A DNA stretch of 64,000 nucleotides from positions 38,318,001 to 38,382,000 of the forward strand of contig NW_024704742.1 of assembly GCF_018977255.1 (NCBI RefSeq). Direction: 5' to 3'. Source of the DNA: Callorhinchus milii (lineage: Eukaryota). This document shows, piece by piece, positions 53,311 to 64,000 of the stretch (the first letter of the stretch is position 1; each line of letters starts with the position of its first letter). Position numbers and translations under genes: made by a program. Below the pieces are notes generated by a model, which was not told where the DNA came from, did not search any database, and worked only from the letters and a program-made list of their open reading frames with translations.

Positions 53311-54030
53311 AGGCACAATCAAAGAGGTAGGATTTCAGGTGGGCTTTAAAGATAGTTAAAGAGGGATTTTCAGAGACTAGGAGTGTAGTGGTTGAAGGCT
53401 TAGGTACCAATGGTGGTGCAAAATGGTCAAGAAATGCACAGCAGTCTTGTTTTAGCTAAGCAACAGGGGTAGGCAAATGAGTTAAAGGGTATGAGCAGGG
53501 CAGAGAGCTAGGGAAGTGGTTGGACATAAAGGGATTTCTATATGGGGGCGAGGGTTGATGTTCATCCATTTCGAAACGGATCCAGTGGAGCTCGCTAAAA
53601 AAATTGGTGATGGATTTGTGGAGTTTGGTGAAGGTAAGGATATGGGTAGCAGAATTTTGTAGGAGCTGGACTTTGCGCATGGTGGAGCTGGTAAATCAAG
53701 TTCAGTGCTTATTACAGTACAGGACAAGTGCTTGCCACTCCATCCGCTCAGCAAACATTGGCCTTCAAGTCCTCCTCCTGTTTTGCCCCACAGAGCTCTC
53801 AGCCATTCATTCTGCTCTATTCTCTGGAGCTCCACTCCAGAGTCCCTCAGCATTGCACCCTCCGTCACTGCCTTTAAAACCTGCCTTAAAACCATTTCTT
53901 CTGCGTTTTCACCATCTTCTTACTCCCTTCCCCCCTCCCCTCTGTCTTTTCACTAGCTTGGGCTCCCAGTCAGTTGTGTGAAGCACTTTGAGACATCGCA
54001 GAGTGACCGGAGTTATGTAAATTGTTACTA
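53311..54030. mobile_element. Two old L2 3' fragments in opposite orientation
   Basis: Minus: KVQLLQNSATHILT; plus: AFKTCLKT and tail. Confidence 0.65.
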
Positions 54031-56669
54031 CATATAAGAATGAACTTGTCCCCCCATATGTTCAAATTCCAGCATGAGTTACTGGATACTGGACGGGAGC
54101 AACAACATTGCATGTCTTTTCTTTTTTTCCCCACCCCCACTCCCGCAAGCCATGGAGACATTAAGGATGCTAACCCTTGTGCCTGCTGCTGTCCCAATTA
54201 AAATCAGCTATCTCAGTGGAGATTGAGAATAACCTGCCTTTGCAGCAACAGCAGGTGGTATGTTTTTCCATTGAACCGTTACAACGTTTTTTTTCTATTT
54301 CTCTCATTTCCCCTCCCCCTCAAATAATCATACCTGTATCAAACACTGAATGGTGACTAGACTACTTGAAGCAGTTATTAATCTTGATGGTTTGAGAGAA
54401 GAATTAATTGTTCACTGAGCTCTAATTAGTAGGAAATTATAATATTGGAAAATTTGCATTAGAATTGCTTAAAAAAAACATGGTTATTGCATTTTGAGAA
54501 TTCTTGACTTATGATGGCCAAACATAAATCTTGATACCTGTACTCTTGGAACAGAGAGAAACTGCTGAGTGTTAATATATTCTACTTCCAGTTGTTACAG
54601 GAACAATTTGTGCTGCAGCTTTTCTAATCTTTTACATTATTTAGCATATTTTTAACTGCGGACTTATTATGTGCAAATTATATCTACTCATTGCCTTAAC
54701 TCTGCCCCAGTAATACTATCTATGCTTCAGCAAATCTATCAGACAACTTATTTCCATTAGTTTTCCTTTAAATCTGTTGATTTTTACAGCAACAAAAAAT
54801 TAAATGGAGTTTGGCAGGTTAGTGATTTGTATGCCAAAAATGTTTAAAACCATTTGTTTTTTTTTCTGCTGGATACTGATGTGGGTAAATTGTTTGTGAC
54901 CATCTGGATGCATCCAATCTATAAAATTAAGAGAATTTAAGAGAGATAATGTTTTATAGATATTTTATGACTTCACTACTATAGCAACGTGTAGTGAAAT
55001 AAAACTTGGGTTTGATTTGTTCCACTGCATATTGTAAATATCACATGAGTTGCAGTGCGGTACAAAGCAGTGACCCATCTCAAAGTAGATGTTGTCGCAG
55101 AGCAGTTTAATTTAAATAAATGGGATGGACTCCTTAGATTGGTTTATTAATCACTGCCTTGTAAAGCATGGTACTGTATTTGCTGCATACTTGTGAGCGT
55201 CATGCTCTCTTAGTGTAAGGAAGCTCCAGATAACAGCTTGGGCTGGACCAAAGCTCCTGCCATTTACTAAGCTAAATGGAGTCAGTCTGGAAGCGTGCTT
55301 GGCTCCTCATTGTAATGTGTGTCAAAGTGGCCAAGTAAATGAGCAGGCACGTCCTTGAGATGCGAAGCAAAATGTATTCAATTTTACTTGAAGTATTTCT
55401 CTTCCCACTCCCCAATTTTTCCTTTTTTGTTAGGATTTTTGGAAAGTGAATTTTTTTTTATTACCAGTACTGGCAATTTTTTTTTCACATTTATCAAATT
55501 CCCTTTTGTATTTGCTGTCTCAGTTTGGCTTCACAATCTCTCCGGCAGTCTGCTCCATATATTCACCACATTCTTTTTAAAGTAGTTCAATCTAACCTGC
55601 TGATGCACCTTCCCTCTTCTGATCCCCAGTCCTTGTAAAAGTTGTGGCTGAATTTCTAGAAAAATGTATGTCCATTTTTTTTCTCAACCAACTCCTGGAA
55701 ATGATTACCTCTTTGTAATCTTAAGAATTCAGATGATGATATAAAAAATTACAGAAGTCATCTGAAATCTGAGATGAGTTTGCATTGATTTTTGCGTCAA
55801 TTTTTTTTAATGTAATCTATGTGAATTTAGGGGAGGAAAGGGAAAGAGTTGACCTTTACATCTCCCAGAGATATCATGGCATATGCAGGCTGTGCAGAAG
55901 TGAAGCCCACACTGAAGGTTCAATCGCAAGTTTATTAATGGCTGAATGTTTCAATACTGGAAAATGTATAATGTGCATTTGTTTTCTGGAGTGTTCATGC
56001 TGTAATACTTTAATTCCACACTGTAAATGTGTTTCAGCAAACAGAAATTTTAGATATGCTCTGTTCAAATAAATAGTTACGAGAACTTTTAGCTTTTACC
56101 AGCATACATTGTATGTTGTAGCACACATGAGCAGTTTTGCTGCCCGTTTTTCTCTGTTTTTCACAGATCTGTGAAAGATGCTATGTTCAAGTAGAGGTCT
56201 CTCTGTACTGTGTGTCCTCTACTAGTTGTGTTCTTCAAGATTTAAAAAAGACGTAGAGTGACTAGTCATAATAAACATGGCATTTTTTGGTTGGGGTATG
56301 TATTTAGTTCTTAGAATTTTCCCATATAAGAGCTACTACTACAAATAATAATTGTTGCATTTGATAAATCTTTTTGTCATTGAAATATCTCAAAGCTTAT
56401 AACCGGATTTACTGTAAAGTGTAGTTTCTGTCTATTTGTACTTAAATGTGGAAGCCAATTTTGCACGTAACATCAATTAAATTAATAATTAATTTAATTA
56501 TTAAATAATTGTAAAAGTTGTTGCTGAATTTCTAGAAAAATGTATGTTCAATTTTTTGCAGAAACGATTGTTGGGATGGAGTAAGAATGGTTACACAGTA
56601 CTGCGGTTTAACAATAGGGTTATGCTAATAATAATTAAATTAATAAATAATAATTATAATTATTATCAA

Positions 56670-57190
56670 AGGCAAAACCTTGGGCAAGTTTCCTTACTGC
56701 ACACGCTTAATAATAATCCCTCCAAAAAAACAATAATAAATTGGTCATTTTCAGTCCATGACTGTTTGTGGGACACTGCTGTGTGCAATTGGCTGCCGCG
56801 TTACGACCATAAATATACAGTCAATTCACTTTACAGTCTATTCTGTGAAGCGCTTTGAGACATCGATAAGATGTGAAATGCAAGGATTATTATTAGCTCG
56901 CCATGAAGCAAATGATCAATTTTACTTGGGGTATTGCTGGCCTGGACACTGGGACAAACTCCCTTCACTTTTTGAATTGTGGCATGGGATCTTTAATGTA
57001 CACTTGAACAGGTAGCCAAAATCTTGGTTTTGTGTCTCATTCGAAGGACAGCATCTCTGACAATTCAATGCTTCCCCAGCACTACATTGGAGTGCCAGCC
57101 AATACATGTGGACTATGAACTCATTAAAGTTCTGACTTGCGGCTTGAACCCACAATCTTCTGGCTTGAGAGGCAAAAGTGTTACCAAATA
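56670..57190. mobile_element. Young SINE 3' part (plus, 56670-56895) adjacent to an older DeuSINE (minus, 56895-57190)
   Basis: Family-diagnostic blocks as in the other copies. Confidence 0.72.
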
Positions 57191-57809
57191 TATGACTTGG
57201 AAGGTCACCTATTCTTTGAGTTGTTTAATTGCGGTGGTTTCTGCCAAAATTATTCTCGGCATTCCTGAGAGAGGGGGGAATTTGTGAACTTTGACTGAGC
57301 ATAGTCACAACTATTGCTATCTAGTTCCTTCTTTAGGGTGTCCTCTTTGGTATGTTATGTGGAGGAGTCCACACCTGTAGAAATGTATATCAGCATGAAT
57401 CATTGAGCTTGATGAAAGGGAGAAAGTGAGAGAAGAAAAAAGTGTTCTGTGCCCTGCCTTCAGATGCGACCGGAGAGCATCACATTAAATCTGATGTTTC
57501 GGTAATTATATCTGTTGTACTGAGCCTGTGATTCACTTCTCGTGGCAATGTATGTCTTTTGAAATCTTGTTCTCCTACAGAAACGATTGTTGGGATGGAG
57601 CAAGAATGGTTACACAGTACTGCGATTTAACAACAGGTTATGCTAAATGATGATCATTTAGAAATGAAATCTGGGAGAAATGCTGGTTAAACTTCAGCAG
57701 CAACCACTTGCATTTATATAATCACCTTCGCCCAGTTTCTTGTCTCAGAAAGCTTAACCCAATACACATTCTGTGGTCCCAAGCCTTGTTTTTGGAGATC
57801 TACACTTAA

Positions 57810-58110
57810 TACCTCCATGGCCTCGCTCCCCCCTACCTCTGCGACCTCCTAACCCCCTACCAACTTGCCCGCTCCAACCTGCTTCACGTCCCCTGCGGTT
57901 CCTCGGCCTTGCCCCCCCCCCTCCCTTGTCTCCTTCAAGACCCATCTCAAGACCCTCCTTTCGACCGTGCTTTCGATTATCCTCCTTCCCCACCCTCCAC
58001 CCTCCCTGATCCCAACCCCCAGCTCGGGTCCGAAACACTGTCCAACGCCTTGGGACATCCTCCAGATGTGAAAGGCGCTATACAAATGTAATTTTGTTGT
58101 TGTTGTTATT
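57810..58110 (+). mobile_element. L2 3' fragment
   Basis: SFKTHLKTLL and tail. Confidence 0.85.
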
Positions 58111-58910
58111 GTAATACTCCCGGGATTAGGCAAGCGATGCGAGTCCCTCCAGGGAGAGCATACATATTTCATTCCAGACCCAGGAATTTCCATGTGTAGG
58201 TAGTAAGGATCGAACTGTATCTGGATTGGATACTCTCAAGCACAGCAATGTTTCAGACACCCAACTGATCCAACCAAATCCAGATCCAACCATAGAGAGG
58301 GGTGTGGTACAAACAAGAAGTAAAATAAGGAAAGGTAGAAAGAGAAGTGGAAGCAAACAAAAGTCAGAGACTCATTCACAAGCCAAGGATGCTGAAGCTT
58401 GCTGTCAACTGAATCTACGCAAACATTATTTCCATGAGCGAATAGTGAACCTGAGGAGCAGGCTCCCCAGGGAAATGGTTGAACCAGGAAGTGTGTATTC
58501 TTTCAAACACTGATTAGATAGTTTTCTTTTAAGGAATAACATTATGGGATATCGTACAAAGGCAGTTTGGGACATGTGTGCATGCAACCGCCAGGAGGGT
58601 GGAAGGTGAACTAGATTGACCTTGGTCTTTTTTCAACTAGCATTTCTTGTATTCTTATCTTAACCGTTTTCTACTACAGACCTTCATTCCCATGTAAACC
58701 CTGTTGCCCAACCTGGGACAGGCATCTGTACTATTTTTATAATATTAGGACAGGACGATGAGGTCTGCAAATGGGAACAGCAGTGGAACTGGGAATGTCA
58801 GCTAAGACTGAACTTGAATGTCAAAGTAGAGCTAGGACATTACTACATTGAAGGGGTGGATATGAATCTAACCAGATTTGGGAATTTATTTGTTGTTCTG
58901 TATTTTTCAG

Positions 58911-59037
58911 ATTGCTAAAAAATCCACACCTACGTCTGCTGCAGGACCAGTGATCACAAAATTCTTCTTTACCAAACCTGTGAACAACAAGAACATAATT
59001 GCAGGCCATTCTACCACAGCTCCATCATTGATTGCAG
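58911..59037 (+). CDS. LIN54: LIN54 next coding exon (IAKKSTPTSAAGPVITKFFFTKPVNNK...SLIA)
   Basis: tttttcag acceptor; similar to LIN54 [24 protein letters not shown]; 127 nt; donor gttctt. Confidence 0.92.
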
Positions 59038-59129
59038 GTTCTTTATATGAAACCTTTTCAAATTGCGTTTGTGGCTGCATGTGGGTTGAAACATTTTGTT
59101 CACTTTTGGTGGTGTTGATTATTTTGCAG

Positions 59130-59239
59130 GTCGAGTCCTTGCCCAGAATGCAGCTATCATTTCAGAAGGGTCCAATCTTAGTTCTGCAGTTCAACAAACA
59201 GCAAAGATTGCCATCTCTCCCCTGAAGTCTCCAAACAAG
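59130..59239 (+). CDS. LIN54: LIN54 next coding exon (GRVLAQNAAIISEG...KIAISPLKSPNK)
   Basis: ttttgcag acceptor; KIAISPLKSPNK is identical to vertebrate LIN54; 110 nt restores phase 0; gene continues past the window. Confidence 0.92.
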
Positions 59240-60689
59240 GTTCATCTTTATGTTTGGGGCTTTAAAATTTGAAGTCTGGAAGTGAACAATTTGACTCAAA
59301 TGCATTATTTGTTAATTGTGGCTGATTTCGTTTTTCCTGCATGACTATTTCTCTTGGAACCCACCCCACTTTTCCTTTCTCTCTTCTCCTCTCAAGACAA
59401 AGTAGACAAAGGAACATTGGGTACTGGGTTGTATTTGTTAGTAGACTTTCACCTAGAACCAAAGTTTGAATCTAGCCTGGATGAAAGTGTTTGTTCTTTA
59501 CTGTCATGCTTTGTGTACAGTGCTGTGAGCGAAGTTGCTTTGCTTTCAAAAACAGCAATGTTCCCCACCTTTCATCATACTAGCCATCAGCTCATCAAGC
59601 CTGCTCCACCAGTTTTTTAGATGTTTTCAAATCTCTCAATGCCAATGCCCTACCCCTTATCTCTATTTGTCTTAAGTATTTGTCCCATCACATTTTAAAC
59701 ATTCATATAGATTCCATCTCTAGCATTTTCAGGACTAGAAATTGCACACCTGTGCACCTCTGTGTGAAGAAATGCTTACTGACTCTGACTCTTCGCTCTG
59801 ACGTTAAGACTCTGCCCCCTTGTAATAGATCTCTCTACCAAACAGAAGAATCTTTGACTCTCTAGTTTTGTTCATTAATTTACTTCAATCCAATAACCCC
59901 TTAACATCTTCCGCTCTGGCTAATATAATTCCAGTCAACCAAACTCCTTGTGGACAAGAAGGGGCTCCTTGCAGCTGAACTGGCTCCAAGTTGACATGCC
60001 TGACAATAGAATGTCGGAGTTGAGTCCGCCCTCTGTAGTCCGGTTCCTGAGCCGGGTGGGTCTGCAGTATTCCAGGGCACTGCTGATGGCAGCACAGCCA
60101 GCCTGGCTCATCGGCAGGACCTGGAAGGGCAGACCAGTCACTTGAGGCAGGGAGTCATCTCATTCAGCTTCTGTTAACCCTGCAACTCAAAGCCCTAACG
60201 GTTAGGGTGGTCTTAGCTTGACAAGCAGCAAGGAAGCTTGCGGGCAGCAATATCAATGGCAAGATACGCGCTTTTACCTGGTTAGATTCCAGCAGTACCC
60301 CAACACACACTCTGGGGTCCCCAAGCCTTCGCTCTTGCCAACCTGTGCCTAATACCTTCTGAAATTAGGTAAGCAGGATGTGTTCTCTCCAGGGAGAGAG
60401 AGAGTGCACATTCCATTCCAACAATTTTTCCTGGGTTTATCTATGTGTGCATGGAAATCTCAGCTAGTTTTGGATATTCTTAAGGATGGTGATAGGTTTC
60501 TGCATGTGTCAGACACCTAGCTGACCAAAACAAAAGGGTTTATGAAAGGTAGATCATGTTCCACAAATCTAACAGGGAGGGGATAAGTAAAAGGGAATCA
60601 ATGGGTGTCATTTACATGGATTTTCGGAAGACGTGTGATAAGGCCACATTAAAGATTAATAGCTAATATTAAGGTACATAATCAGATCT

Positions 60690-61065
60690 GTGCATATTTA
60701 TGTAGATTATTTACTGCTGAGTGTAGTGACTGTATATTTGTAAGCAATCATAGCAGCCAATTGGTGGATAGCAATGTCCCAGGCGGTGAATAACCAATTT
60801 AACTGGAGGATTGTTGCTCAGCACACATGACAAAATTCCCCTCTCTTTTTGAATAGTCCATGAGTTCTTTAAAATCAATCTAAACAGGCAGTTTGGACCT
60901 TAGTTTAATGTTTTATCCAAAGGACAGTCCCTGGGGCCATGCAGCATTTCCTAGCACTGCATTGGAGTGTCAGCCTAGAAGTGAGCTCAAAGTCCCTGAT
61001 ACAGGACTTAAACCCACACCATCCATCTCTGAGGCTAGATTTCTACCAATTGAGGCGAGCTGAAG
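60690..61065 (-). mobile_element. Older DeuSINE-like copy
   Basis: Reverse-complement core and head. Confidence 0.65.
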
Positions 61066-61491
61066 ACCTAAATGAAAGGATGTGCTTTGATTTATTGTAT
61101 GACTGATGTTCTAGGATTTTATTACTGTGCGAGTCCTGAACTTCAGAGTTGATAGAGAAATTGTAAGGGGCTGTATGTTTTGCACTGTAGAAATGGTCAT
61201 TTTAGGATGAGGCTGATTCTGTTAGAATTCAACAGTATGGGGAATCTTGAGGGGCTGGTGGTTAATTACCATCTGCAATCCTCTGCTACAGTCCTGCTTA
61301 ATAAAACCATAATACAACTTGATTTTTGTTAACAAAAACTGATAAAATAGCTTGGTACATAATATCAGGGGGGCTTCGTAGTATTTAATTTTTCCTTGCA
61401 TCGATTTTCTCTCATCCCATCAACAAATATGTTGAAAATAGAAGTGGAGGATCACTGAAAAGTTAATAGTATGAAATTGGGTTCAAGCGTT

Positions 61492-62709
61492 TGTCAGAAA
61501 CCACACCAAGGAAATTATTAAAACGTTTTATTAGCAATTATAAAACCACATGAGCATAAGCATCACATTACACCTGACCCATTATCATTACTCGTCGCGC
61601 TTAAATGATTACTAAAGCACTATCTTAACAAGATACATTACTAAAGCACTATCTTAACAAGATACCCTCAATACTAAAATTCTAAACATATAAAAAAAAA
61701 TTATGTGATATATGAAATGTGCCTAAATAATCTCTAACTATTGTATGTATATTGGGTGCGTGTTTTAGTAAGTAGGAGAGATACTACCAAGCAGGCAGGA
61801 AGTCGTTACGAAGTTCTAAGGCTGGCACAAAAGTTAAACACTGTCTCTGGTGTGCTGCTGGATGTAAATGTCTCTGGCTTGCTTCTGGCTGCAAACGTCT
61901 CTTGGTGGTCCACTCCAGCAAGAGCTAAACTTGTCCTCTTTGCGGTCCACTCCGGCGAGAGCTGGACTTGTCCTCTTTCCCTCAAAGGCGCTCTTCTTCC
62001 TCTCCGTAGAGATTCGTCCCAATTCCTCTCCTCAGAGGCTCGAATAATTCTAAGTTTTGGTCACCGTTTTTTATACTCTTTTTCGCCCGCCATCTGTATT
62101 CTATCTCCTTTCTTCTCATTACTTCTTTCTCTAATTGTCAGTTCTAAAACCCTGCTCTTTGCCCCTGCATTCTTTTCCTATCTTCACGTTGTTTCCCTTG
62201 TACCAACAAGTGGTACATTCTGCAAAAGAGGAATACTCCTCCTATTCAATCTTATCTAGCCCGACCAGATTGCCTGACTCCATGTGTTGAAGTTTCAGTA
62301 ATTCATTGTGCTCCTTTCTGACTTTCCATGTGACCTGCTGATCTCAAGCTTTTTCTCAGTTTTAATGGTTAATTTTGTATACCTGCCCACACAGTTGGCC
62401 TCCCATCCATTTTCCTGGTCCAATTATCCCAGGTTCCTATCTCTCCTTCCTGTAGGTCACATGCCCTTGTAAGCGCAGGTGGCCTGCCATCCATCCTCCA
62501 GATCCAGCTATCCTTATCTTCCCTGGCCATGGGTCGCATTCCAGTGTACTCCTGCCTAGCTCGGTGTCTCTTTTACTGGGACTGTGTGTGTGTGTATGTG
62601 TGTGTGTGTGATGCATGCCACATGGCAGTTTTTTTATTTCTTTAATTCTACTTAATTCATCTATTTACTACATGATCAATACTAGTGATTCTTATACTAT
62701 AATTCCAAC
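61492..62709 (-). mobile_element. Probable solo LTR (~1.2 kb)
   Basis: Imperfect inverted termini TGTCAGAA...TTCCAAC; flanks CGTT/TGTT; minus-strand TATAAAAA at 62068-62075 and AATAAA at 61527-61532; 29-bp tandem duplication at 61608-61665. Confidence 0.5.
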
Positions 62710-62929
62710 TGTTTACAATAGTAGCACAATTTCACAAGAAAAAGATCTCGGAGTACTTAAATATAATCCTTGCCTTTGATGTAGTGCCTTATTGTTTCAT
62801 CAAGGTGTCTCAAGATTGCTTCACAGGATTTACTGTAAAGTGTAGTATAATTGTAGGTGAACATAGCAGCTGAGTTGTACACAGCAATGTCTGATAAACA
62901 GCCATGAAGTGAATGACAAATGTTATCTG

Positions 62930-64000
62930 GGAGACATCTCCACCCTACTATCTTCCCTCTCCCTCCACTCCGAACGCCTCCTCATCCTAGGCGACTTCAA
63001 CCTTCACTTCAATTCCTTCTGCTCTACCTCTGCTGAACTTTCCTCCCTTATCTCCTCCCTCAACCTCTCCCTCCACATCCATTCAGCCACCCACATCCAC
63101 GATCGCCCCCTGGTGATCACTCAGGGCCTCACCGTCTTGGACCTCACCATCATCAACAAAGCGATCTCAGACCATCACTTAATCTCCCTTAACTCCTCAA
63201 TCGCTCTCTCCACCGCCACCCAACCCACCTCCATCTCCTACCGCCCCTGGAAAAAAATCTCCCACATCCACCCCATCCCTCTCGGCTGCCTTGGAGTCAT
63301 CTGAATTCCTTCCCCTCTGGACTTCATCCCGCAATGACCTATCCTCCTCGGTCCCTCTTCTCCACAGATCTCTCTCCTCCACTCTCGATTCCCTTGCTCC
63401 CCTCTTTTCCCGAACCATCTCCCACTCCCACTCACCATGGTACACCAGCCACCTCCGCTCCCCTAAAGACAAGTGCGTGCCGCTGAGCACACCTGGCTTA
63501 AATCAAACTTAGCGGTCCATTGGCAGATCTGTCTGAACCATATCAAATCCTACTGCTCTGCCCTCGCCTCCGCTAAATCGTTGTTCTACTCCAAGACAAT
63601 CTTGGAAGCTAAGGACAACCCCAGGCTCCTCTTCTCCATCACAAACCCGCTCCCCCGCCCCCCTCTCATGCCTGCCCATTCCTCAAATGCCAATTGCGAG
63701 ACGATGCTGGACATCCTTGAAACCAAAGTCAAGGGAATCCGCTCAGCTACCTCTTCCACTGCATCTGCTACCCCCTACCCATCCCTTCCTCCACACTTTC
63801 GAACCTGTCTTCCCCTCCTCTCTCATCACCACTATAACCCACATGAAATCAACCACCTGCTCCCTCATCCTTATCCCTCTCCTGACCTCCCAGCTCCACC
63901 TCCTTGCCCCTCTACTCACTGACATCAAAAATATCTCCCTATCCTCTGGTACTGTTCCCACCCCATTTAAAAAAAAAACGCCATCATCACTCCTGTTCTT
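62930..64000 (+). mobile_element. L2 LINE fragment (APE C-terminal part and linker) running off the window
   Basis: ORFs 62909..63304 (LILGDFNLH...ISDHHLI), 63291..63512 and 63473..63922. Confidence 0.9.

Noticed and set aside
61741..62259. 172-aa hydrophobic ORF
   Set aside because: No recognisable domain or splice context; lies within the putative solo LTR

Overview
Eukaryotic (vertebrate) genomic DNA. The repeat landscape (L2 and CR1 LINEs, Deu-domain SINEs, a Penelope-like element) suggests a cartilaginous fish; this is an inference. Two divergently transcribed genes were found. (1) A complete 10-exon COPS4 on the minus strand, CDS 32529 to 11985, 1221 nt = 406 aa plus stop, all introns GT-AG. 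(2) The 5' part of LIN54 on the plus strand: CpG-island promoter at ~38.4-41.1 kb and coding exons 52144-52803, 58911-59037 and 59130-59239; the gene continues beyond the window. Most of the rest is transposon-derived: many L2 copies (one with a nearly intact RT frame, one 5'-complete but internally deleted), CR1 remnants, two SINE families, an inverted Penelope-like element with hammerhead-ribozyme relics, a decayed hAT transposase, a Tigger-like MITE, a probable solo LTR, and an unclassified hairpin-rich repeat. No CRISPR array, rRNA or genuine tRNA gene was seen, and I found no clear new multi-gene system. The best leads are a CDE/CHR element in the LIN54 promoter (possible autoregulation), a duplicated structured motif in the L2 5' leader, the PLE hammerhead relics, the unclassified structured repeat with a twin-priming-type inversion, and recurrent short duplications offset by about 0.8-1.1 kb. 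Repeat boundaries are approximate and family names are from recognition by eye, not database searches.
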